Shown: one piece after another, positions 1 through 9,320 of the stretch | Layout: every line of letters starts with the position of its first letter | How positions within the stretch are numbered: position 1 is the first letter of the stretch | Source: a virus | Lineage: Duplodnaviria; Caudoviricetes | Length of the DNA stretch: 44,489 nt | Strand: one strand, 5' to 3' | IMG/VR virus record: IMGVR_UViG_3300028326_000008 | Span: 1 to 44,489 of that record | Notes under the pieces: model-generated | What the model was told of the DNA's origin: nothing | Seen by the model: only the letters and a program-made list of their open reading frames with translations | Databases searched by the model: none | Translations under genes and position numbers: made by a program

Positions 1-60
1 GCCATGGAGCAAGTGCAGGAGCTTACCTCTACCTATCCATTGAGTTCTAAAAACCTATAG
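1..60 (+). CDS. 3' end of an upstream ORF (partial)
   Basis: Frame 1 is open (AMEQVQELTSTYPLSSKNL*) and stops 2 nt before the next ATG. Confidence 0.5.
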   Translation, partial: AMEQVQELTSTYPLSSKNL

Positions 61-62
61 AG

Positions 63-626
63 ATGTGCTTACTACCAGCAGGGCTTGTTGACGCCAACGT
101 TGAAATTTTCGCTACCGAAATCTACGGAAAATGCAAGGCTACCTTCCAAGGTAAGGTGGTTGAATTTTGGGATTTGCCAAGCGAAATTACCTCTTCTATT
201 GAAGATGAGGCTTTGGCCGACAAAAAGGCGATGGCAACCTTCAAGGAAGATGGAGTAACTGAACTAAGAACCATTGTAGAGAGCTGGGCTTGGTGTAATC
301 TAGGAAGATATGACAGTACACCGGACTATACTACCACCACAGGGGAGGTGCGAAAGGAGTTTTACGACTGCGGGAGAAGAGGCAAATGTGCCAACGAATT
401 TCGTCGGTGCAGCAAAGTAGTTGTTGGAGATACCTACCTGACAGCAAGGGAGACAGAGTGTGCTAGGCTTATGGCGCAGGGGTTTGCTGACAAGGAGATT
501 GCCGATGAAATGGGCCTTCAGGAGGTAAGTATGATTTCCCTGAGCCAGCGGGTTAGGGAAAAGGTTGGAGCAAGGAACCGGGTTGATGTGGCAATATGGG
601 CCAACAAAAACGGGCTAATCGATTAG
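63..626 (+). CDS. LuxR/GerE-type HTH transcriptional regulator with a Cys-rich segment
   Basis: C-terminal LTARETECARLMAQGFADKEIADEMG...VGARNRVDV is a LuxR HTH signature, preceded by CGRRGKC...C. Confidence 0.85.
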   Translation: MCLLPAGLVDANVEIFATEIYGKCKATFQGKVVEFWDLPSEITSSIEDEALADKKAMATFKEDGVTELRTIVESWAWCNLGRYDSTPDYTTTTGEVRKEFYDCGRRGKCANEFRRCSKVVVGDTYLTARETECARLMAQGFADKEIADEMGLQEVSMISLSQRVREKVGARNRVDVAIWANKNGLID

Positions 627-630
627 GGCG

Positions 631-831
631 ATGAATGCACAGGACGCAAAAAGATTGAACGAGATAGCAGGGTTGCTGGGGAGCACACTGCAGGAGGTAA
701 AGGGGCTCGTGGATAAGTACGAGTCCCCCAAGCCTCCAAAAAAACGACGAAACCTGAAGCAGGAAAGAAAGGAGAAATACCTCTACAGGCTTCAGTCCGG
801 TAAAATGCGAAAAACCAAAGCCTATGGATGA
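631..831 (+). CDS. Hypothetical basic protein
   Basis: 66-aa ORF tightly packed in the operon. Confidence 0.6.
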   Translation: MNAQDAKRLNEIAGLLGSTLQEVKGLVDKYESPKPPKKRRNLKQERKEKYLYRLQSGKMRKTKAYG

Positions 832-940
832 AGAACTAAAAAAGATTGAGGCCCTGATATGGTTTAACAATAACCTAAGCCTCGACGAGCTTAACAAGCT
901 CAAGGAGTTAGCCAACGACATAGTAATTCAAAGGGAATAG
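824..940 (+). CDS. Small hypothetical protein (38 aa, MDEELKKIEALIWFNNNLSLDELNKLKELANDIVIQRE)
   Basis: Translated by hand; overlaps the upstream stop; amphipathic helix pattern. Confidence 0.55.
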   Translation: MDEELKKIEALIWFNNNLSLDELNKLKELANDIVIQRE

Positions 941-942
941 CC

Positions 943-1020
943 ATGTATGAGTTTGAGGACATTTTAACCATGGCGGGGATAACACCACTGCCACCTAAAC
1001 CAGAAAGCAATGAGAACTAA
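943..1020 (+). CDS. Very small hypothetical protein (25 aa)
   Basis: Fills the gap between neighbours and overlaps the next start. Confidence 0.35.
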   Translation: MYEFEDILTMAGITPLPPKPESNEN

Positions 1021-1219
1021 CTGGTCAGATTATGAAGAGCGATACGGAGAAAGCCGTGAGGATTTTATCGATACGGCTGAAGACGATGAGCTGGAGTCCT
1101 GCTCAATCTGTGGCTATCTTTTCCCTCCGGATGAACTTAAATTTAGAATTAACGAAAAGGGTAAAGAGGAGGCTATATGCACTGAATGCCTAAAAGAGGA
1201 AAGGAGGATCGAATGTTAG
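1010..1219 (+). CDS. Small zinc-finger protein
   Basis: CSIC...CTEC motif pair. Confidence 0.65.
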   Translation: MRTNWSDYEERYGESREDFIDTAEDDELESCSICGYLFPPDELKFRINEKGKEEAICTECLKEERRIEC

Positions 1220-1455
1220 CAAAGACAATTCATGGCACAAGCGATAGCAACATTTTCTTTTCCGAGGACAAGAAGAGTGGGTTGCTTATTCAGCCAAAAC
1301 TTAGAAGGGTACTGTTCTTCGTGAATAACGATACCAAGGACACGCTTTACTATGAACAGGAGACCACTGTTTCAGATGTGGACAAATGGATAAAGGAGAA
1401 GCGGAAACTTTACGAGCAAGAAAAAGCCTCCCGGATGGAACCCAAAGAGGCTTAG
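1213..1455 (+). CDS. Hypothetical protein
   Basis: ORF 1186..1455; ATG 1213 overlaps the previous stop. Confidence 0.6.
   Translation: MLAKTIHGTSDSNIFFSEDKKSGLLIQPKLRRVLFFVNNDTKDTLYYEQETTVSDVDKWIKEKRKLYEQEKASRMEPKEA
1420..1453 (-). terminator. Intrinsic terminator on the minus strand
   Basis: AAGCCTC...GAGGCTT stem with an A-run at 1421-1425 (U-tail on the minus strand). Confidence 0.55.
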
Positions 1456-1488
1456 TAATAAATTATTGTGTAACACACTTAATCAATG

Positions 1489-1520
1489 CAAAGATATGGC
1501 AGAAAATTCTAAAAGTCAAA
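1489..1520 (-). promoter_or_regulatory. Bacteroidota sigma-A promoter, antisense
   Basis: Minus strand TTTG (1520-1517), 20 nt, TATCTTTG (1496-1489). Confidence 0.6.
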
Positions 1521-2362
1521 CATGGCTTGACCAGCTAGATTCGGTTAAGCTAGTTGAGAACGAAAAGGTAAAGGACCAATTCGTTGAAACATATGCGAAA
1601 ATACATAAAGTGCCTCTTGAGGATGGTGAAGTTATTTACAACAAGGAGGCTATTTACTTCAAACAGGCTGTAGGAGCTTCAGACAAGCTGAGGTCTTGCA
1701 CCAGAATATCCCTCTACTCTGCATTTTTGGAAATTGCCATTCAGGGTCTATCCATTCAGCCTGGGGCCAAGTCTCAAGCATACCTTGAGGCGAGAGGTAT
1801 AAAAGTGGGGGATGGATATATCAACACCTGCTTCCTTAGAATTACCGCCTACGGTGAATTAGACCTCCGGATAATGAGCGGTCAAATTCTGAGGATGCTG
1901 AATCCAATCGTAGTTTATGAAGGTGACCAATTCCAACCTAGAACAAACCCACAAGGTGAAATCTATGTGGAGTATTCTGCAGCAATTCCACGAAAAACTA
2001 AGAAAATTATCGGATGCTGGGTGAGAATTGTCCTCCCCGGTAATTTATCAGACTTCAAATGGTTGTTGGAGGATGATATTGCAAGACTGAAGAAATATTC
2101 AATCCCTCGCTATGGGGACAATCGCAATGCTAACGTACTCTATGCTTCAGAAAACGGAGGCATTGATCCTGGGTTCCTTGAAGCCAAAACAATCAAGCAC
2201 GCCATGCGAGCCTATACCAAGTTAAGAGTTGGAGATAACGTGGCTTTTGAGGAGGAGGACGCAGAGGAACAAGTTGCAGATAAGACATCGTTCGCTGCTC
2301 CAACATCAGAGCCCAAAGAGGAGGCAAAACCAATAGTTACTAATCCTGATGAACCTTTTTAA
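1496..2362 (+). CDS. recT: RecT/Redbeta-family single-strand annealing protein
   Basis: SLYSAFLEIAIQGLS, ITAYGELDL, VVYEGDQF, KTIKHA motifs; acidic tail; close to an exonuclease. Confidence 0.85.
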   Translation: MAENSKSQTWLDQLDSVKLVENEKVKDQFVETYAKIHKVPLEDGEVIYNKEAIYFKQAVGASDKLRSCTRISLYSAFLEIAIQGLSIQPGAKSQAYLEARGIKVGDGYINTCFLRITAYGELDLRIMSGQILRMLNPIVVYEGDQFQPRTNPQGEIYVEYSAAIPRKTKKIIGCWVRIVLPGNLSDFKWLLEDDIARLKKYSIPRYGDNRNANVLYASENGGIDPGFLEAKTIKHAMRAYTKLRVGDNVAFEEEDAEEQVADKTSFAAPTSEPKEEAKPIVTNPDEPF

Positions 2363-2363
2363 T

Positions 2364-3554
2364 ATGGAAACAACTGCTACAACAACTGCTATTGCAGTAA
2401 AAGAGGTGCAAGATATTATTAGCAAAGCGCCTCAAATTCTTAGTGAAAACGTTGCTTCAGTCGATAAGGCGAAGGCAGTTGGTGAAAACTTACTTGATCT
2501 CGTCAAAAAGGATGGTATGAGTGACCTTCTTGACAACCAACTATCCGAATACCAGAGCAAAGTAAAGACTACGATCAAGGTGATGAATGAGCGTAGAAAA
2601 GGGTTCACTCAGCTAGTTGACAGATTCAAGAAGGAGTTTACCACCCTTGAAAGCGCACTAGATCCGATGTTCAACCAAATTCAATCTATCCGCGATTCCT
2701 ACGCACAGAAGAAAATAGCTGAGCAACGGGAAAAGGAGCGGATTGCCGAGCTAAACAGAAAGCGGGAACTGGAATTAGTTGAATTACGTCGACAGATAAG
2801 CGTTCAGCTGAATGGCCATCTTGCAAACTACATCTCAGCTGTTAAAAAAGGGCTATATGAGATGTTTGAGGGCTACACTCTTGAAACTATCGGTGGAGCA
2901 GATATCGCAATAAAAGGGACCTCGGAAAACCTACCTGGTGGATTCTTGGATGGTATTAAAATTGTCTACTCCAGCTACCTGCTTACCCCGGACGAAATTT
3001 CTTACGAAGTTGGTATAGCAAAGACACCTGAACTTCTGGCCTCCTTCAATGGTGAATATAAGCAAGCAATTGCTTTCGAAAAGAGGTCCCTGATTGATAA
3101 ATTACCCTCGAAGAAATCAGAGTTGGAGGAGATTGCCAAGGCCAGTGCTGAGGAAAAGAAGCGACTAGAGGCAGAGGCACAAAGGCGCAAGGAAGAGGAA
3201 GCCGAAAGGATAAGGAAAGAGGAGGAAGATGCCAAGGTTAAGGCAGCAGAAGAAGCGGCCGTGAGGGCTTCTGGTGAAGCTGCTAATGCCACTGTCACCG
3301 CCCAAGCAGAGATGTCATTCTCGGAAGCACCAAAGGTAAAGGAAGGTTACGAAATCGTAATAAAAAACAGTGCCGCTTACCTGCAAATCGCACAGTTCTG
3401 GTACGAAAAGGAAGGCAAAAACCTCTCCATGGATAAGATCGAGCGAAAGACCTTCGCTCAAATGAGAGCCTTTTGTGAAGCCTGGGCCCTGAAGAACGAG
3501 GAGAAAATTACTTCCCACTTTATCGATTATAAAGAAACCATAAAGGCAAAGTAA
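2364..3554 (+). CDS. Coiled-coil hypothetical phage protein
   Basis: Long ORF rich in E/K/A heptads. Confidence 0.8.
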   Translation: METTATTTAIAVKEVQDIISKAPQILSENVASVDKAKAVGENLLDLVKKDGMSDLLDNQLSEYQSKVKTTIKVMNERRKGFTQLVDRFKKEFTTLESALDPMFNQIQSIRDSYAQKKIAEQREKERIAELNRKRELELVELRRQISVQLNGHLANYISAVKKGLYEMFEGYTLETIGGADIAIKGTSENLPGGFLDGIKIVYSSYLLTPDEISYEVGIAKTPELLASFNGEYKQAIAFEKRSLIDKLPSKKSELEEIAKASAEEKKRLEAEAQRRKEEEAERIRKEEEDAKVKAAEEAAVRASGEAANATVTAQAEMSFSEAPKVKEGYEIVIKNSAAYLQIAQFWYEKEGKNLSMDKIERKTFAQMRAFCEAWALKNEEKITSHFIDYKETIKAK

Positions 3555-3814
3555 TGGATACGCTTGAGGTTTTGGCAGATGAAAAGCAATTGAGGTTAAA
3601 AGTTCGATTGATAGCCAACACGCAAATAATGCACTTCGTGTGTAACCGATTGGGGGTATTTGCCGAAGAGGTAAACGAGTTCCACTATCGGTTGACTAAG
3701 CCAGGTTATAGAATGCTCAACGTATTTCCGCAATGCTCCAAGGTTAATCCATCGGCCAGCAATAAATACGAGAAAGTTTACCTGCATGAATTCTTACTAA
3801 ACTACTTCTCATGA
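3554..3814 (+). CDS. Hypothetical protein
   Basis: Start/stop overlaps with both neighbours. Confidence 0.65.
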   Translation: MDTLEVLADEKQLRLKVRLIANTQIMHFVCNRLGVFAEEVNEFHYRLTKPGYRMLNVFPQCSKVNPSASNKYEKVYLHEFLLNYFS

Positions 3815-4488
3815 ACCCTGATACCTATTTTCAGAGACCAGAGGTATCTAACTCGGATTTGAGTTGGCTGAAAAGCCAACTCTTTCCAAGGGAGATGCCA
3901 GACCCAACGACGGCATACCGGTTTGGAAACTTGCTGGATGCTATGATAACAGAGCCCAATAGGGTGAATTACTTCAAGAGAACCTGTGACTCCGACCAAT
4001 TTACTAAAGAGGATTTTGATACTGCTCTTCGCATGAAAGAAGCCTTTTGGAACGATGGGTTTTGCTCTACAGTGATGAGTGGTGCCAATCCCCAAAAAGT
4101 AATGGTGGATAAAAAGGTATTGAATTTTAATGGTCTTGAGTTTGACATGGGAGTACGTTGCAAATGGGATATTTGGCGAGAAAACCTTGGTTATGGGGGA
4201 GACATTAAGTCCACTTCGGCCACCACTCAGAAACAGTTTGAAGATGCAATACGATTTTTTGATTACCCAAGGCAAAGGGCTTGGTATATGGATATTGCCA
4301 ATAGTGATAAAGATTTCCTCATTGGAATTTCAAAGAAGAACTTCAAGGTTTTCAAAGTGATAATTAATCGAGGTGATTCCATTTACAATGAAGGGTTTGC
4401 CGACTATATCAATTTGGCATACCGGCACTTTCTATTATTTGGCTCATATAAACGAAACGCAAATGCTTACAAACATATCAACGCCTGA
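3811..4488 (+). CDS. PD-(D/E)XK exonuclease, RecE/ExoVIII (DUF3799)-like
   Basis: VSNSDL, FGNLLDAMITEP, RCKWD, DIKST, YPRQRAWY motifs; RecT partner. Confidence 0.85.
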   Translation: MNPDTYFQRPEVSNSDLSWLKSQLFPREMPDPTTAYRFGNLLDAMITEPNRVNYFKRTCDSDQFTKEDFDTALRMKEAFWNDGFCSTVMSGANPQKVMVDKKVLNFNGLEFDMGVRCKWDIWRENLGYGGDIKSTSATTQKQFEDAIRFFDYPRQRAWYMDIANSDKDFLIGISKKNFKVFKVIINRGDSIYNEGFADYINLAYRHFLLFGSYKRNANAYKHINA

Positions 4489-4882
4489 GCAACTCAAGGA
4501 CGAATCTGAAGAGATTCAGAATTTTCTGGAAATAACCATCTCTGAAGAAGCCACTGAGGCTATTGAACGTGGAAACGACCTCATTGTCTACATCGCGCGA
4601 ACGGGCAAAATGCTTGCGGATGCAAAGTACCACCTCAATGAAAAGAAGAAAAGCGAGGTTATTGAAATGCTTAAGCGGGTAGCAAAGGAAACTCCCAATT
4701 CAACGAGTAAGGCAGTGAATGCCCTGGTAGATTCAATATGCAGGGAAGAGCAGTTCTTAGTTGACTGGATTGAAAGGCTAAACAGGTCCTGCACACACCA
4801 AATGGAGTGGTGTAGAACCGTAGTGAGCAAAGCAAAGGAAGAAATGAGATTGGCCGGAGTAGGCCGTGAGTTTAATCGTTAA
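4463..4882 (+). CDS. Helical hypothetical phage protein
   Basis: ORF 4373..4882; likely start ATG 4463. Confidence 0.7.
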   Translation: MLTNISTPEQLKDESEEIQNFLEITISEEATEAIERGNDLIVYIARTGKMLADAKYHLNEKKKSEVIEMLKRVAKETPNSTSKAVNALVDSICREEQFLVDWIERLNRSCTHQMEWCRTVVSKAKEEMRLAGVGREFNR

Positions 4883-4892
4883 TACCATAAAA

Positions 4893-5318
4893 ATGGAAAA
4901 GCTACTATTTAATGATCTACCCGAAAAAGAGAGGGTAGAAATGCTAGAGGCCAACTCCGATGGAGTTGAGGAAATGGAATACACTGAATTCCTCACTCCG
5001 GAAGAGCTAACCGAGCATAAGGATTTACTTGCTCAAAGGTCCATAGAGGAGTCTAGAATTCTTGATGAAAAGCAGGAGGCTGTAGAAGGTTTTAAGCAGC
5101 AGCTAAAGCCCATAGTTGAAGAAAAGAACCGGCTCTTAACCGAGATTAAGCATGGTAGTAGAAGCCTTTACGGTCGATGCTTCAAGCTAATTGACTACCA
5201 AGATCAGCAGGTAGGTTACTACAACCCAAGGGGCCAGCTGGTGTATTCTCGTCCTTCCAAACCCGAAGAAAGGCAGCGAACAATCATGAGTGTGAAAAGA
5301 ACAGGAACCAACAACTAA
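4893..5318 (+). CDS. Hypothetical phage protein
   Basis: ORF; ATG follows an A-rich leader. Confidence 0.75.
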   Translation: MEKLLFNDLPEKERVEMLEANSDGVEEMEYTEFLTPEELTEHKDLLAQRSIEESRILDEKQEAVEGFKQQLKPIVEEKNRLLTEIKHGSRSLYGRCFKLIDYQDQQVGYYNPRGQLVYSRPSKPEERQRTIMSVKRTGTNN

Positions 5319-5323
5319 CTAAA

Positions 5324-6028
5324 ATGAAACACGAATTAAACATTATCAACAGCGATGGGAAGCCTGTTGTTGTTGAGATCAGAGAAGGTCAGGCTTTACC
5401 CCTAAAGGAGCCACAGAAAATTGCTATTGTGGGCAATATTGATGCAGTCTCAAGATTCCTTACCAAGAGGGCTATAGACCAAAAGCAGAGCCATGTTATC
5501 GTTAACAGGGAACATCAAAAGATTGAGCTTGTGTTTGACGAGAGCAATTTCTACAGTGGATCTGTTGTTGGAAAGCTTGAACTGTCAGAAGCGTTTAACC
5601 GGTTTGAAATAAATACTGGTAAGGAGTATACCACTTACGAGCTGGCCGACTTTTTTAAAATGAACAGAGTTTTCTTCGAAAAGCCATCAGTAGCTGCGAA
5701 CATTGTTAAGGAGTTAGCCAACTTCAAGGCAAAGGTGGATAAGGAAATTGAGCAATCGGATGATAGGAGAGGAAATAAAACCGCCATGATTCGTCAGGTT
5801 GTAGATTCCAATATCCCTGAAAAATTCAATTTGGTTTTACCATTATTTAAAGGACTTGAGAAGCAGACCATTGAAGTTGAGGTAAACATTAATCCCGGAA
5901 ATCTTAACTGCACCCTTATTAGCCCCATGGCGGCAGAGATTATTGATAGCATTACTGACCAGGTGGTAGACCAAGAACTTAAAAAGTTCGAATCGCTGGC
6001 CAATGAAATAGTGGTCATTGAGCAGTAA
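5324..6028 (+). CDS. Hypothetical phage protein (possibly YfdQ/DUF2303-like)
   Basis: 234-aa ORF; C-terminal IPEKFNLVLPLFKG resembles that family. Confidence 0.6.
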   Translation: MKHELNIINSDGKPVVVEIREGQALPLKEPQKIAIVGNIDAVSRFLTKRAIDQKQSHVIVNREHQKIELVFDESNFYSGSVVGKLELSEAFNRFEINTGKEYTTYELADFFKMNRVFFEKPSVAANIVKELANFKAKVDKEIEQSDDRRGNKTAMIRQVVDSNIPEKFNLVLPLFKGLEKQTIEVEVNINPGNLNCTLISPMAAEIIDSITDQVVDQELKKFESLANEIVVIEQ

Positions 6029-6034
6029 TTAACC

Positions 6035-6088
6035 AACCACCCCCGAGGTCAAAAAACTCCTTTTTTGAATCGAAACCCGGGGGTGGTT
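6035..6088. repeat. Nested inverted repeat (long hairpin)
   Basis: AACCACCCCCG/CGGGGGTGGTT outer arms enclosing TCAAAAAA-CTCC-TTTTTTGA. Confidence 0.8.
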
Positions 6089-6102
6089 AAATCCTTTTAG
6101 CC

Positions 6103-6297
6103 ATGAGCAACATAAGCAGGTCGGTTTATCAGCATCAGGTTGAGCTAAACAAGCGGCTTTTGAGGGACATAAAGCACCTGGTTACCAAGGACGATCCGGT
6201 GAGGTCTATAACCATTAAGCTGAAGTGGTTTAACCGGTTCAAGAAGGAGAGTGATTTCAATAAACTATTAATCAGCTTGCTTACAAAGAGATCGTGA
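6103..6297 (+). CDS. Hypothetical protein
   Basis: 64-aa ORF overlapping the ninG start. Confidence 0.6.
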   Translation: MSNISRSVYQHQVELNKRLLRDIKHLVTKDDPVRSITIKLKWFNRFKKESDFNKLLISLLTKRS

Positions 6298-6689
6298 ATA
6301 CTAAAATTATCGCCAGGCTTGACCGCATTTTTTCAGAATACATACGACTTCGAGATGCAGATAGAAACGGATATGTTCGATGCATTTCGTGTGGTAAAAT
6401 AGGCTACTGGAAGGACGTGGACTGTGGCCATTACATCAACAGGAAACATTTGTCTACTCGGTGGCATGAAAAGAACTGCAACGGTCAATGTAGATCATGT
6501 AATCGGTTCGACGAAGGGAACATGCTTGGATATACCAAGGGTTTAGTAAGAAAATACGGAACAGGTATCCTGGACGAGCTGGATGTAATGAAGCATCAGT
6601 CAGGAAAGCTAACCGATTTTGACGGTGAATTGCTAATAAAACACTATAAGGAACAGGTCAAAATACTTAAAAAATCAAAAGCAGCATGA
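6294..6689 (+). CDS. ninG: NinG/Rap-like recombination endonuclease
   Basis: FSEYIRLRD, CISCG, DCGHY, CNGQCRSCN. Confidence 0.85.
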   Translation: MNTKIIARLDRIFSEYIRLRDADRNGYVRCISCGKIGYWKDVDCGHYINRKHLSTRWHEKNCNGQCRSCNRFDEGNMLGYTKGLVRKYGTGILDELDVMKHQSGKLTDFDGELLIKHYKEQVKILKKSKAA

Positions 6690-8128
6690 GCTTTCAAGAT
6701 AACTATCCTCTACCGGAACTCACTATAAACATATCTCTTAAGGGAGAAATGTTTTCCTACCAAAAGCCGGGTACTGCATTTATTCTCAAGAATAAGAGGG
6801 TGATTGTTGGCGACCAAATGGGGTTAGGGAAAACGCTTCAAACTATTGCGGCCATTAAGGGTGCCAATGCAGTTCCTTGTCTTGTTGTTTGCCCGTCCTC
6901 CTTGAAGCTGAATTGGGAGAGGGAAATAGAGCAGTGGAGTGACCTTAAGCCTATGGTACTAACAGACCCGATGAAGAATACCTGGCAACTTTTCTACCAA
7001 GCAGGAATTGCCAACGTTTTCATTGTGAACTATGAATCACTAAAGAAATACTTTGTTGTAGATGTTCCAACCAAGAAAGGTTGGCGATTAAAGGATGTGA
7101 GGTTTAACGCGAATATAAATCTGTTTAAAGCAATAGTAATCGATGAAGGGCACCGTGTAAAAGACCCATCGGCACAACAGTCCAAATTTGCCAGAGGAAT
7201 TGCATACGGCAAGGAGTACCAAATTCTCTTAACGGGAACACCGGTAATTAACTCCCCATCAGATCTAGCCTCCCAGCTTGCGATTATAAATCAGGTTGAT
7301 AAGTTTGGGGGCTATTCCCATTTTATGGACTACTACGACACCAAGGAGGAATCAAAACTACAAGAGCTAAGGGATCTGCTTTACTCCACCTGCTACTACC
7401 GAAGGGAAAAGTCAGAAGTAACTGACTTACCAGAAAAAACAAGACAAGTAATTCTATGCGACATCACCACCCAAAAGGAGTATGACGATGCTGAGAAGGA
7501 TTTAGCCGAATACCTAAGGGAGTATAAAAACGCCACGGAGGGGGAAATTAAGCGAAAGATGCGCGGGGAGGCTATGGTTCGAATAGGAATCTTGAAGAAC
7601 ATCTCAGCTAGGGGTAAGATTGAGGCCGTTACAGAGTTCATTCAAGACACCTTATCCAACGGAGAGAAGTTGATTGTCTTCGGACACTTAAGAGAAGTGT
7701 TAGGTGAACTAAAACACCGTTTTCCAGGAAGTGTTTCTGTTACCGGAAAGGACAGCACCATAGACAGACAGAATAACGTGGATAAATTTCAGAATGACCC
7801 CAATACCAAGCTCATATTCTGCTCTATTGCAGCTGCCGGGGTGGGAATAACCCTTACTGCTTCATCTACTGTAGCATTTATTGAAATGGGTTGGCACCCG
7901 GCTATAATGGACCAGGCAGAGGATAGGGCTCACCGAATAGGACAAAAGAATGCCGTAAACTGCCCCTACTTTATTGGAAAGGGAACAATTGATAATTGGG
8001 TGTATAAAATAATTGAGGAAAAAAGAGGGGTGGCAAATACTGTTTACGGCAGCGAAGAGGACATGGAGGTGGAGATTGTCAACGGAATTATGAATTTATT
8101 TTCAAAGAAGTATAACCTAAACAACTAA
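6686..8128 (+). CDS. SNF2-family helicase (SMARCAL1/HARP-like)
   Basis: GDQMGLGKT, DEGH, LTGTP, GVGITLT, QAEDRAHRIGQ. Confidence 0.92.
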   Translation: MSFQDNYPLPELTINISLKGEMFSYQKPGTAFILKNKRVIVGDQMGLGKTLQTIAAIKGANAVPCLVVCPSSLKLNWEREIEQWSDLKPMVLTDPMKNTWQLFYQAGIANVFIVNYESLKKYFVVDVPTKKGWRLKDVRFNANINLFKAIVIDEGHRVKDPSAQQSKFARGIAYGKEYQILLTGTPVINSPSDLASQLAIINQVDKFGGYSHFMDYYDTKEESKLQELRDLLYSTCYYRREKSEVTDLPEKTRQVILCDITTQKEYDDAEKDLAEYLREYKNATEGEIKRKMRGEAMVRIGILKNISARGKIEAVTEFIQDTLSNGEKLIVFGHLREVLGELKHRFPGSVSVTGKDSTIDRQNNVDKFQNDPNTKLIFCSIAAAGVGITLTASSTVAFIEMGWHPAIMDQAEDRAHRIGQKNAVNCPYFIGKGTIDNWVYKIIEEKRGVANTVYGSEEDMEVEIVNGIMNLFSKKYNLNN

Positions 8129-8132
8129 TGCT

Positions 8133-8540
8133 ATGAACAAGGTAATTTTAATTGGAAGGGTAGGTAAAGACCCTGAAGTAAAGGAGGCCGCTGGATCGAA
8201 AGTCGCAAGGCTTTCATTGGCCACAACTGATTACTTTAAAAATTCAGCAGGTGAAAAAAAGGAAATAACCGATTGGCACTCTATCGTCTGCTGGAAAGGG
8301 CTTGCTGAAATCTGTGAGAAGTATGTTGCCAAAGGCCAGCTGGTAGCCATTGAAGGAAAGCTGAAGCAGCGCTCCTACGAGGGAAAGGAAGGTGGAAAGC
8401 GGTTTGTAACAGAGGTGCTGGCTGATTCCATCCAGATGCTTTCGAAGGTTGAAAAACCGGAAAAGCAAGAAAAATCAGATCAACCATTTCCAGTTATGCC
8501 GGAAATACCAACCGAAGAAGTAAACGACCTACCATTTTAG
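8133..8540 (+). CDS. ssb: Single-stranded DNA-binding protein
   Basis: MNKVILIGRVGKDPE...TDWH...; C-terminal DLPF. Confidence 0.97.
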   Translation: MNKVILIGRVGKDPEVKEAAGSKVARLSLATTDYFKNSAGEKKEITDWHSIVCWKGLAEICEKYVAKGQLVAIEGKLKQRSYEGKEGGKRFVTEVLADSIQMLSKVEKPEKQEKSDQPFPVMPEIPTEEVNDLPF

Positions 8541-8555
8541 CTTACTAATTAATTT

Positions 8556-9320
8556 ATGACTTACATCGAGCGTATTAATAAATTCTGGGTTTCGCATGAG
8601 GGTAATCAATTCAGTACCACAGAAATCGCGCTATATTTCTACCTTTTGAAAGTAGCCAACCTCTGTAGCTGGCCAGATTCGATCAAGCGTAACAACGCTA
8701 AAATCTGCGCGGATTTAGGTGTCAGCTTTAATACACTCGCTCAGGCAAGGAATAAGCTAAGACAGGCAAGGGTAATAGACTTTAAGACCAAGAATGGAGC
8801 CCCAAATGTGACATATACCTTATCAAATTTTGATGAGGTTACTAACGAGGTTGCTGATGAGGTTACTAACGAGGTTGGTAGGGAGGTTACTGCTGAGGTT
8901 GCTGATGAGTTAAATAAGAGTAAAGAGGTAAAAGTAAAGAGGAAAGAATTAACCCCTTCATCCCCTCATGAAATTTCTAGCTCACCAAAAAGGCAAAAAG
9001 AGCAACCGGTGGCTCTTAAATTTCCCTTTAACTCCTCGCTGTTTATTTCTACGTGGGAGCAGCTGGCTACCATGCCCAAGTGGAGGAAAAAAATTACAAT
9101 TTCTCTGCAAATGGCCCTGGATAAGCTTGGCAAATATCAAGAGGAGTTTGCCGTAGAGCTAATGCGGCGAGCCATTGAGGGTGGATATCAAGGTGTGGTG
9201 TTCAGTGACACGGATCAGGCTTATGGCCGGTGGTTGAAATCACGTGGTAATGGTCAGATATTAACCCCGGAAAGTGAAAGTAAAAAATCTAAACTTTTAA
9301 TGAAACTCGATGGAAATTAA
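8556..9320 (+). CDS. Phage replication initiator (N-terminal wHTH, internal iterons)
   Basis: IALYFYLL...ARNKL wHTH; repeat linker; upstream of an ATPase. Confidence 0.8.
   Translation: MTYIERINKFWVSHEGNQFSTTEIALYFYLLKVANLCSWPDSIKRNNAKICADLGVSFNTLAQARNKLRQARVIDFKTKNGAPNVTYTLSNFDEVTNEVADEVTNEVGREVTAEVADELNKSKEVKVKRKELTPSSPHEISSSPKRQKEQPVALKFPFNSSLFISTWEQLATMPKWRKKITISLQMALDKLGKYQEEFAVELMRRAIEGGYQGVVFSDTDQAYGRWLKSRGNGQILTPESESKKSKLLMKLDGN
8831..8911 (+). repeat. 12-bp-period tandem repeats, putative origin iterons
   Basis: GAGGTT at 8835, 8847, 8859, 8871, 8883, 8895 and GAGTT at 8907, followed by an A-rich tract. Confidence 0.8.

Noticed and set aside
8831-8911. CRISPR-like array
   Set aside because: 12-bp period with no spacers, inside a coding frame; better explained as iterons
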